From positions 1 to 46,224 of the forward strand of contig DAIUCV010000003.1 of NCBI GenBank assembly GCA_036846005.1: a stretch of DNA of 46,224 nt. The letters run 5' to 3'. The position numbers were made by a program, and so were the translations under genes. Positions 1-9,443 of this stretch are shown here, piece after piece. The stretch is from Patescibacteria group bacterium (GTDB taxonomy: Bacteria; Patescibacteriota; Microgenomatia; UBA8517). Under the pieces are notes generated by a model, which saw only the letters and a program-made list of their open reading frames with translations, did not search any database and was not told the DNA's origin. Every line of letters begins with the position of its first letter. Within the stretch, counting starts at the first letter, position 1.

Positions 1-20
1 TTCACAGGATACAATAACCC

Positions 21-47
21 ATCCCGAATCAAATCGGGATTTTTATT
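21..47 (+). terminator. Rho-independent terminator-like hairpin for a gene ending upstream of the window
   Basis: ATCCCGA-atcaaa-TCGGGAT forms a perfect 7-bp stem and is followed by TTTTATT. Confidence 0.55.
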
Positions 48-56
48 GCTTAAATT

Positions 57-88
57 ATCCAGAGTTTACTGCTCTGGATTTTATTTTT
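57..88 (+). terminator. Second tandem terminator-like hairpin
   Basis: ATCCAGAG-tttactg-CTCTGGAT forms an 8-bp stem and is followed by TTTATTTTT. Confidence 0.55.
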
Positions 89-136
89 CCAAAATTTTTT
101 GGAAACGCCTCCCCTTAAGGCGAAATTTAAGGGATT

Positions 137-808
137 ATGATACGATTTTCATTTAATTTGCCTATCAAAAGACGTCTTCATTTAGAAATTGTAAAAAGGC
201 GTGAGGGTGATATTGATGAGTCAATATTTCCCACAATAGAATCTATAAAAAAGGTTCGCAAGGGCTCAAAGGTCTCCCGCTATTTCAGGCACGTTTTTGA
301 GCATAAAAATATGAAGAAAATCTTTGGTGTCAACATGACATTACTTATTGCCGCTTCAACTATCTATCCTACTCATGTAAGTTTACGGGCTGCCGAAACA
401 GAAAATTCAGTTATTTCTCAAAACGTAGCTGTTTTAACAACCCAAAAGGGAGTTCAATATCCTCTTGAAAAAATTAAAATTACCCAAACTTATAAATTTT
501 ATCACCCAGGAGTTGATTTTGACGGTATGACTGGAGATTCGATAAAACCGATTATGGCCGGTAAAGTTGAAGCTATAGACCGATCAAAATACGCTTACGG
601 CAACGCCGTACTTATTGACCACGGAAATTCAATTACCTCTCTTTATGCCCATTTATCAAAAATTGAAGTTACTGTTAATGAGGAAGTTGATATGAATACG
701 GAAATCGGAGAAGTTGGAGCAACAGGCCGTTCAACCGGAGATCATTTACATCTGGAAATAAGAGACCACGGAGTTCCTTTTAATCCTTCTTTTGTTCTTC
801 CTAAATAA
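137..808 (+). CDS. M23/LytM-family peptidoglycan metallopeptidase, membrane-anchored
   Basis: Contains YHPGVDFDG (HxxxD) and GDHLHLEIR (HxH) motifs. A hydrophobic anchor MKKIFGVNMTLLIAAST is present. The ATG at 137 is preceded by AAGGGA. An alternative internal ATG lies at 311. Confidence 0.85.
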   Translation: MIRFSFNLPIKRRLHLEIVKRREGDIDESIFPTIESIKKVRKGSKVSRYFRHVFEHKNMKKIFGVNMTLLIAASTIYPTHVSLRAAETENSVISQNVAVLTTQKGVQYPLEKIKITQTYKFYHPGVDFDGMTGDSIKPIMAGKVEAIDRSKYAYGNAVLIDHGNSITSLYAHLSKIEVTVNEEVDMNTEIGEVGATGRSTGDHLHLEIRDHGVPFNPSFVLPK

Positions 809-817
809 TACAAGGGG

Positions 818-1435
818 TTATATATTCTCCAAGCTTTTCCAAACGTACCACGAAGCAACAGTTCTATAGGGTTTCCAGCGTCTGGCAAATATTTTTATTT
901 TTTCGGATTCTAAATTTATACCTAACATCTTCCTTATTCCTTTTCTTATCCCCAAATCATCAACAGGAAATACATCTGGTCGAGCCAAAGAAAACATCAA
1001 AAACATTTCAGCAGTCCATTGCCCAATTCCTTTTACTTGAGTTAAATTTTCAATAATTTTCTCATTGGAGAGATTAGAAAGATTATTTATTTTTAAGTCT
1101 CCCCTATCTACTTTATGGGCTAAATCTTTCAAATATTTAACTTTTGCCCAGGAAAGACCATAGCTTCTGAGAGTAATGTCTTTGCATTTTATAATTTCGC
1201 TAGGGGATACGTTTTTTAAACCCAACCTTACTTTTTTAAAGATAGATTCAGCTGCTTTTCCCGACAATTGTTGCCCTATTATCGCCTCTACTAAACTCAC
1301 AAAATAATCATTTTTCCCTATGGGTTTTATAGTACAAACTCCATATTTTTCTATTAAGGAAGCTAAATATTTATCTTTTTTTAGAAATTGTTGTGCTTTT
1401 TTCCACATAATGTATTTTCCCCGAACTAACTTCAT
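818..1435 (-). CDS. HhH-GPD base-excision DNA glycosylase (AlkA / 3-methyladenine glycosylase II-like)
   Basis: Has the helix-hairpin-helix motif VKGIGQWTAEMFLMF, followed by PVDDLGIRKG with the catalytic Asp. An alternative start at 1408 (MWKKAQQFL) would shorten the overlap with the upstream ORF. Confidence 0.8.
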   Translation of the reverse strand: MKLVRGKYIMWKKAQQFLKKDKYLASLIEKYGVCTIKPIGKNDYFVSLVEAIIGQQLSGKAAESIFKKVRLGLKNVSPSEIIKCKDITLRSYGLSWAKVKYLKDLAHKVDRGDLKINNLSNLSNEKIIENLTQVKGIGQWTAEMFLMFSLARPDVFPVDDLGIRKGIRKMLGINLESEKIKIFARRWKPYRTVASWYVWKSLENI

Positions 1436-1757
1436 AATAAACTTCTTTTTTATTACGTGCTTTTCTCACATAGATAGTTTTATTCGACAACTCCAAAAAA
1501 ACCGTAGAGTAAATTAAGTTGTTGTTCGTAAAAGACAATACAACTCCGATTGTTTGATCTCCTGATTCTTTTTGGCAAATAATATCTTTTTGGTTGGGAT
1601 CTCCTTTAATCTCGATAGTATTAAACTTCCAAATTGCATTTTCTGAGATATTGACTCCTTCCAAACTGGATAATAATTCAATTTTTTCTTTAATCCACTT
1701 AAAAGGTTTACTCTCGCCAACTAACCCTCTAATAAAGATTTCTTCTTCCTTTTGCAT
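1371..1757 (-). CDS. Hypothetical protein (128 aa)
   Basis: This is the longest ORF in the gap and lies on the same strand as its neighbours. No motif was recognised. Its 3' end overlaps the glycosylase ORF in another frame. Confidence 0.45.
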   Translation of the reverse strand: MQKEEEIFIRGLVGESKPFKWIKEKIELLSSLEGVNISENAIWKFNTIEIKGDPNQKDIICQKESGDQTIGVVLSFTNNNLIYSTVFLELSNKTIYVRKARNKKEVYYEVSSGKIHYVEKSTTISKKR

Positions 1758-1800
1758 AGCCGAATTATATCTTAATCAAGAAGGATTTTTAATTTAGAAG

Positions 1801-3734
<1,934 letters not shown>

Positions 3735-3771
3735 TTATTTATTGGGCGGGAGTATTTTAAACAAAAATCGC

Positions 3772-3798
3772 TAGCAAACACTAGCATCGAGTGCTATT
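3772..3798 (-). promoter_or_regulatory. Degenerate CIRCE-like inverted repeat (putative HrcA operator) upstream of groES
   Basis: The minus strand reads ATAGCACTC-gatgctagt-GTTTGCTAG, against the consensus TTAGCACTC-N9-GAGTGCTAA. The halves match 8/9 and 6/9, with the correct 9-nt spacer. Confidence 0.5.
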
Positions 3799-3840
3799 GT
3801 AATAAACATTATTGACCTATGTCAAGTGTCAAGTAATTTA

Positions 3841-3890
3841 AAAAAATAAAGGCCTGCTGCTTATCGTTTTAAATGATAGCCAACAGGCCT
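3841..3890 (-). terminator. Rho-independent terminator after the MTAP-like gene
   Basis: AGGCCTGcTGcTTATC pairs with GATAgcCAaCAGGCCT in a 16-position stem with 2 mismatches and a 9-nt loop. A TTATTTTTT tail follows on the minus strand. Confidence 0.7.
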
Positions 3891-3911
3891 TGTCTTTATT
3901 TATTGTAAAGG

Positions 3912-4862
3912 CTAATTTTTGGGGTGGGTAAATTCTCCCAAATCAGTTTCTGAGAAAAGTTTTACACATTCACAATTTCTCTTCTGATTTAGAATCTGCT
4001 TTACCGCCCTATAGGAGATGACGCCTGTTGGCATTGCAACATCTTTGTAGAATTGTTGCATTCCGCCGTCAGGAGTCCATGCACCACCCTTTATTCCTTC
4101 TGCATAATTTGCTACCGGATTGATTGCTCCTATACACATTCCCAAAATTCTAGCAGCCCCCGCTTCCTGACCGGTAGATTGGTTGACTACGACTGCATCG
4201 GGAATTGTCCTGAGGTAGTAAGAAATTTCGGTCGCTGTTTCAAAAAAAGAAAGAGGAGTGGTAATTGTTGTACCTCCGGTAATAACCTCACCAATGGGAT
4301 GAGTTGGTTCTTCAGTCCCCTCTTTTTTTAACCTATGTGCTTGGTCTGAAAGTGCACTGGTTATCCGGGAACAAAAAGGTTTGTACATTCTTACCCAGGG
4401 GTCTTTCTCCAATTCCCATGCAAGTTTTGCCACTTGTTCTTTTGCGACCGGATGAATAAAAACATCCGAAGGTATCACGTAATCCCATGGCTTTGCTTTG
4501 AGGCCACCGACACTTGCATCGACCACGACCTGTTCTACGGCAAATTGATATAACAACCAAAATGTAGCAAGAGTATGATCTATCGTGGTTTTGGGTAACC
4601 TCCAGCCGTGATAGGGAATCCTAAGAACAGGTTGACCATCAATATCTATCAATTTTACGACCGGAACTTTTCCGAACGGTGTAGAAAGATCAGTTAAACG
4701 GGAAATTACCGTTTTTGGCCCCGCGCAGCTTAAGACCTCGGGAAAGCCACCTCCAACTGTATCTATAGTAAAAGTTCCCGAACCTCCTATCCATCCGGTT
4801 CTTACCTGAGACGTATTGAAATTTTCTCCTAGAGCATCTCTTAACGCTTCTATTGTGCACAT
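3912..4862 (-). CDS. MTAP/purine-nucleoside-phosphorylase-family protein (divergent)
   Basis: Recalled human MTAP aligns along the whole length: IGGSG for IGGTG, TPFGK, HG, SVGGL for ACGSL, PWDYVIPSD for PGDIVIIDQ, and KPFCS for EPFCP. It is the last gene of the ABC operon. Confidence 0.65.
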   Translation of the reverse strand: MCTIEALRDALGENFNTSQVRTGWIGGSGTFTIDTVGGGFPEVLSCAGPKTVISRLTDLSTPFGKVPVVKLIDIDGQPVLRIPYHGWRLPKTTIDHTLATFWLLYQFAVEQVVVDASVGGLKAKPWDYVIPSDVFIHPVAKEQVAKLAWELEKDPWVRMYKPFCSRITSALSDQAHRLKKEGTEEPTHPIGEVITGGTTITTPLSFFETATEISYYLRTIPDAVVVNQSTGQEAGAARILGMCIGAINPVANYAEGIKGGAWTPDGGMQQFYKDVAMPTGVISYRAVKQILNQKRNCECVKLFSETDLGEFTHPKN

Positions 4863-4870
4863 TTATCCTC

Positions 4871-5614
4871 CTAATCTGTCCATGGTTTTAAGATTAATTT
4901 GGTTAATATTCGGACAATCCAAGTTATTAATATTGAAGCTATTGTGGTTACAAGTACCGCTGCCATCAAGAGTGGAAATCGGTATTGAGAAACACTCATA
5001 ATAATAACCAGTCCCAATCCCTTGGTCGTTCCCATAAGTTCTCCCACAATTGCCGCAATTACGACACTACTTACCGCAACTTCTATACCTGCAATAAAAT
5101 ATGGTATTGAGCTTGGTAGTTGAAGTTTTGTAAAAAGCTGCCACTTTTTTGCCCGAAGAACAAAAAAACGTTCCAGCTGGTTTTTGTTAACACTGTCAAA
5201 TCCAGCCAGTAAATTAGCCATTATGGGGAAAAAACTGACCAAAATAACTATTACAATCTTAGCTAAGGGGCCATATCCGAAGACCATAAAAAGAATGGGT
5301 GCAATGGCCACAAACGGAACATTTCTGATTGCAATAGTTACAGGTACAATGGTTGTTTTTAAAAAGGGTGCAAAAAGACAAATTAAAGCGAGAGCTACAC
5401 CCACCAGAATGCTAATACCAAATCCCATAACGGCTTCGTAAAGCGTAACTTTGAGGTTATCCAAAATCCACAACCAATTTTTCAAAAGCTCTTGAAAAAT
5501 TATAGAAGGCCGAGGAAATATAAAGCTTACAATTCCGGTTGACCTCAAAATTATTTCAAAAGCGATTGTAACGAGAACGACAAATAAAAATGGGGCTAAA
5601 AACTTATTTTTCAT
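4871..5614 (-). CDS. ABC transporter permease (NitT/TauT-type, BPD_transp_1)
   Basis: Contains about six TM segments. The start was chosen at MKNKFLAPFLF (ATG at 5614), which overlaps the ATPase stop by 11 nt. The longest ORF extends to 5653. Confidence 0.85.
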   Translation of the reverse strand: MKNKFLAPFLFVVLVTIAFEIILRSTGIVSFIFPRPSIIFQELLKNWLWILDNLKVTLYEAVMGFGISILVGVALALICLFAPFLKTTIVPVTIAIRNVPFVAIAPILFMVFGYGPLAKIVIVILVSFFPIMANLLAGFDSVNKNQLERFFVLRAKKWQLFTKLQLPSSIPYFIAGIEVAVSSVVIAAIVGELMGTTKGLGLVIIMSVSQYRFPLLMAAVLVTTIASILITWIVRILTKLILKPWTD

Positions 5615-6380
5615 TTTCCCACCTCCTGATAGCTGTGCGGATAATATTGGCAATGTCGAAAAATTCGTTATTTATTATCCCCTCTTTGCCCATTCTCGGC
5701 CTTGGAAGTGGGATTTTAACAATTTCGCTAACTGATGCTGGTCGTCCCGTAAAAACATAGACCGTATCTGAAAGAACAACCGCCTCTTCGATTTGATGCG
5801 TAATTAATATTGCAGTGGAAATTAGACCGCGAATTTTTAGCTCTTCAACGAACATCCACATTTTTTCTTTAGTTAATGCATCCAAAGAGGCAAATGGCTC
5901 GTCCATTAGTAAAATTCTGGGAGCTGTTATTAAACTTGCTCCGAGGCTTATTCTTTGACGCATTCCTCCGGAAAGTTTGGCTGGTTTGATCTTTGAAAAA
6001 CTAGTCAGTCCGACATTTTTAAGCATTTCATCAGGAGTCATTCGGTCTTTTCCGTTTTTAAGAATCTCAAGCCCCAGGTTTAAATTTGAGGCAGAAGTTC
6101 TCCAAGGTAAAAGATTTCCCTCCTGAAAAATCATATCAACAATCCCTCCCTTTAAATTTATCGGATCTATCCCAAAAATAGATATACCACCCTCCAAAAT
6201 CGCAGGTATCATAGTAGGAATTATTCCTGCAATGATACGAAGGAGGGTGGATTTACCGCAACCAGAAGGGCCTATAAAAGCAATTATCTCCCCTTCTTGG
6301 ATGGATAAAGAGATATTAGAAAGAATTTGTAATTTCCCAAAGGAAAGGTTCAAATTCTTAATCTCTATTGCATTCATCAC
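5604..6380 (-). CDS. ABC transporter ATP-binding protein
   Basis: Has Walker A GPSGCGKST, the signature LSGGMRQR and Walker B LLMDEPF. Confidence 0.95.
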   Translation of the reverse strand: MMNAIEIKNLNLSFGKLQILSNISLSIQEGEIIAFIGPSGCGKSTLLRIIAGIIPTMIPAILEGGISIFGIDPINLKGGIVDMIFQEGNLLPWRTSASNLNLGLEILKNGKDRMTPDEMLKNVGLTSFSKIKPAKLSGGMRQRISLGASLITAPRILLMDEPFASLDALTKEKMWMFVEELKIRGLISTAILITHQIEEAVVLSDTVYVFTGRPASVSEIVKIPLPRPRMGKEGIINNEFFDIANIIRTAIRRWENEK

Positions 6381-6399
6381 ACCCTCCTTATTTATAAAT

Positions 6400-7476
6400 T
6401 TATGGGCTGGGTAGAAAAGAATTGTTAATTACCTCTTCGGCTTTGAAACTAGCCGGAATCTGGCCATACTTGAAAAGAAAGTCGATCATTTCTTGAACTT
6501 TCTCAAGATTTATATAGCCGACTCCATGAAGTTGTGTGTCTTCAGAGGTGGCAATCTTATTTTGTGCTGGAATTCTCCATGCAGCATGTTCCTGGGTCAC
6601 ACCGGGAATAGCCGATGTAATAGTGATTGCTTCTTCGGGATTATCCAGGGTATATTGAAGTCCCTGCATTGATGCTGCTACAAACGCTTTTACCATTTTC
6701 GGATGGGCTTCTATAAAAGCCTGCGTGGTTACGATCACATCGGAATAATAAAACGGCAGATAGTCTGATGCCAGAAACATCTCATAATCAACCCCTTCCT
6801 TTAAACCCTGTTGTTCAAGCATAAAGGGCTGATTGGTTGACCAACCGCAATAGAAATCGCACTGCCCGCTTAGTAAACAATCTGGCGTCCAACCGGCAGG
6901 GATTACTGTAAAATCCGTTCCGGAAACCAAAGGTCCCTTATCACAGACAGCTCCGAGAGCATCCACATACCACTGGGCTTCTGTCTGCATTGCCACCACA
7001 CGTCCTTTAAAATCGCAAGGATTTGTGGCTCTTTTGCCATCTTTAAGGAGACCTATAAAACCGCCCGGTTCATACTGGCTAATTGCCGCAATTGCGACAA
7101 CATCAACTCCTTGTGCATAAGCCTTAAGAACCAAACTTAGAGCGGCGGGGACCCCAAATCGGAGACTATCATCTATACCGTTTATTGCAAATATGGGATC
7201 TATTCCTGTAGATCCGCCTCCAGAAATAAGTGTAACATCGAGTTTTTGACTTGTATAAAAACCTTTCGCCTGTGCAACCTGCAAAGCAACAAATTCATCG
7301 TTGTTTAACCAACCTAAGGGAATTTGGATTTTGGTTAGATTGGTGACCGGTTCTGGAACAGGAGTGATTAATTTCTCAACCTCAACTGTTTTTATAATCG
7401 TAACCGGTGTAGGAGAAGCACAGCTTGCTAATAAAAGTATTGCCAAAACAAATATTAAGATTGTTTTTGTATTCAT
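6400..7476 (-). CDS. ABC substrate-binding lipoprotein, NMT1/THI5-like (NitT/TauT family)
   Basis: Has a lipobox signal, ILLLASC. The NMT1-like periplasmic binding pattern is present. It is the first gene of the SBP-ATPase-permease operon. Confidence 0.8.
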   Translation of the reverse strand: MNTKTILIFVLAILLLASCASPTPVTIIKTVEVEKLITPVPEPVTNLTKIQIPLGWLNNDEFVALQVAQAKGFYTSQKLDVTLISGGGSTGIDPIFAINGIDDSLRFGVPAALSLVLKAYAQGVDVVAIAAISQYEPGGFIGLLKDGKRATNPCDFKGRVVAMQTEAQWYVDALGAVCDKGPLVSGTDFTVIPAGWTPDCLLSGQCDFYCGWSTNQPFMLEQQGLKEGVDYEMFLASDYLPFYYSDVIVTTQAFIEAHPKMVKAFVAASMQGLQYTLDNPEEAITITSAIPGVTQEHAAWRIPAQNKIATSEDTQLHGVGYINLEKVQEMIDFLFKYGQIPASFKAEEVINNSFLPSP

Positions 7477-7831
7477 TTCCTTTTCCTTTCATTGAAAAGT
7501 GTTAGGTTAAATGATTTGAATTGGAATAACTCAGTCTTTACTTAAATTGGTACAGTTTTTCACTCCTTTCTTAAATTTTTTAGATTAGCCTTTACTTGTT
7601 AAAGTGCTTTTGATTATGGTTTTTTGAAAAAATGCTAAAATAACCATAAGCAGGGGTCTTAATGATGCTATAAACCAAAAATAAGTAGAGCTTTTCCAAA
7701 ATTTCTGACTTTTTTAGTTTTAGCCTTAGGACCCTTGTTTTTTTATTACTCCTTTACCCATTACCCTCGCTTAAAAGGGTATGTGTATGGGAGTATTTGG
7801 ATTTTACGGAATTCATTTTTACCGTATAAAT

Positions 7832-7856
7832 AAAAAAATCCCGAGTTGGACTCGGG
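7832..7856 (-). terminator. Rho-independent terminator downstream of the phosphoribosyltransferase gene
   Basis: CCCGAGT-tgg-ACTCGGG forms a 7-bp stem. An ATTTTTTT tail follows on the minus strand. Confidence 0.7.
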
Positions 7857-7987
7857 AAAATTAAACTGCTTACTAAATCAATATTAAAATTGAATTTTAT
7901 TACTGCCATTTTATAATTTAACAAGATTTCCTGCGGCTTACAGGATATTATTCTGTTGATTCAAGTTACTAAATCACTAAGTCTTTG

Positions 7988-8518
7988 TCAAGCTGGAAAA
8001 AGCGGTAATTTGATCAAATAAATTAAATCAGTTACCATACTATCGGACTTGTTTCCCTGTTTAAATAAAGATGCATGGCCTACCACTTTTGCATTTGTCC
8101 TGGCCATTAAACTATCAACAGTTTTAATTGTTCTTCCTGTTGAAACCACATCATCCAGTACCAAGACTTTTTTACCGCTAATCAGTTTTGCATCCCTGCC
8201 ATCCAAAACTAAACCAGGTTTTTCTTTAGAGATAACCGGTAGAACCATATATCCGTATATTCTTTTTCTGCAAACAACGTACCTTTGTTTTTTTAATATT
8301 TTGGAAATTTCATGAAGAATCGGCAATACTTTTACTTCGGGTCCTACTAGAAAATCAAACTCAATATTCTTAATTTTATCCGACAACATTTTCGACAATT
8401 CCTCAACCATTTGCCTATCACCCAATAAATTAACGGAAGCTATTTTTAGTTTCGGAGAAATTAAAACCAAAGGAAGTTCTCTTTTTAAGCTGCCTATCGT
8501 AAGAGTATAATATTCCAT
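7988..8518 (-). CDS. Type I phosphoribosyltransferase (purine/adenine PRT-like)
   Basis: Carries the PRPP-binding motif KVLVLDDVVSTGRT. Confidence 0.8.
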   Translation of the reverse strand: MEYYTLTIGSLKRELPLVLISPKLKIASVNLLGDRQMVEELSKMLSDKIKNIEFDFLVGPEVKVLPILHEISKILKKQRYVVCRKRIYGYMVLPVISKEKPGLVLDGRDAKLISGKKVLVLDDVVSTGRTIKTVDSLMARTNAKVVGHASLFKQGNKSDSMVTDLIYLIKLPLFPA

Positions 8519-8528
8519 ATAAAATATT

Positions 8529-9434
8529 TTAAACCAAGAGTTGGTTAAACCTTTTTTTAACTAGGCTTCCCCAATTAACAGGGTGGAAAATTGCTCTAGT
8601 CGGTGTTACAACTTCGCGTGTAATTTTTTCTCGCATATACCACTTCTGCAAACGATAGGCTAACGGCTCAACAAATTCAATTATGGACAAAATTAAATCA
8701 TCATTTTTAGATACTTTAGATACTTCTTGCTTAAAAGACACCGCATTTGGCCAAAAATCCTTAATCCATTTATTTTTGAGTATAAACTTCTCGTAAGTTT
8801 TCTCTTTGTTTACTAATGGAATCACTTGAGCAATTTCATGAGCAATAAACAGGTTTTTCATTCCACTCCAGCTTAGACTTTCTTCATCAAGCCACATATT
8901 AATACAAAGTTTATCCTTTTGTTCATCAATGAGAGGATTTTTTTCAAATTTCCTCACTTTTATTCCACTTAAGGTAAGGAGTACATAAGAAATAATTCTG
9001 GTTGTCCAAAGCGTTCCTTTTTTAGTAACTATCAATAAATCGATATCTGAATTTTCATTTGCATTATTCATTGCGACTGCACCCGTTAAAGCTACTAGAT
9101 CAATAGTCGGAATAAATGCAAGGATTTTAGCTGCTCTTTGTGCCATTATCTTTTTCCTCTCTCCTATTCTCTTTTTCAAAAGCCTTTGGAAAATAAAATT
9201 ATCTTGCCCTTTAAGATAAAAATATCCGTTTTTCAAACTTATTTTCGCAGATAATATATCTCTGGTGCTTTTATTTATAATCTTTGACGCTTTGTCTCCA
9301 GCAAACCATTTAATTAGCTCTTTTTGACTTAGTGGGTAATTAAAAATACTGTGATAAATTAGTGACACAATTTCATTTTTGGAGAAATTGTTATTGATGG
9401 AGTTTTTAATTTTCCTACTCTCTAAAAGAAGCAT
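8529..9434 (-). CDS. Nucleotidyltransferase-domain protein (Pol-beta superfamily-like)
   Basis: LTGAVAMNNANENSDIDLLIV resembles the G[SA]..D.D NTase motif. Nothing else in the protein was recognised. Confidence 0.5.
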   Translation of the reverse strand: MLLLESRKIKNSINNNFSKNEIVSLIYHSIFNYPLSQKELIKWFAGDKASKIINKSTRDILSAKISLKNGYFYLKGQDNFIFQRLLKKRIGERKKIMAQRAAKILAFIPTIDLVALTGAVAMNNANENSDIDLLIVTKKGTLWTTRIISYVLLTLSGIKVRKFEKNPLIDEQKDKLCINMWLDEESLSWSGMKNLFIAHEIAQVIPLVNKEKTYEKFILKNKWIKDFWPNAVSFKQEVSKVSKNDDLILSIIEFVEPLAYRLQKWYMREKITREVVTPTRAIFHPVNWGSLVKKRFNQLLV

Positions 9435-9443
9435 AAAAAAATA

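Noticed and set aside
1320-1797. Overlapping ORFs 1320-1517 (+), 1514-1720 (-) and 1594-1797 (+)
   Set aside because: They overlap one another and are shorter than the 1371-1757 minus-strand ORF. No motifs were found. The strand and frame consistent with the neighbouring genes were kept.
4053-4560. ORFs 4053-4331 (+) and 4333-4560 (-) within the MTAP-like gene
   Set aside because: They are alternative-frame or antisense ORFs favoured by the higher GC of this block. The 316-aa frame aligns end-to-end with the MTAP family.
7477-7831. TPP or purine riboswitch in the ABC-operon leader
   Set aside because: I could not find the conserved CUGAGA/ACCUGAUCUGGAUAAUGCCAGCG elements of TPP, or the purine-riboswitch junction consensus, on the minus strand. 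The region is left as an unexplained leader and not called as a riboswitch.
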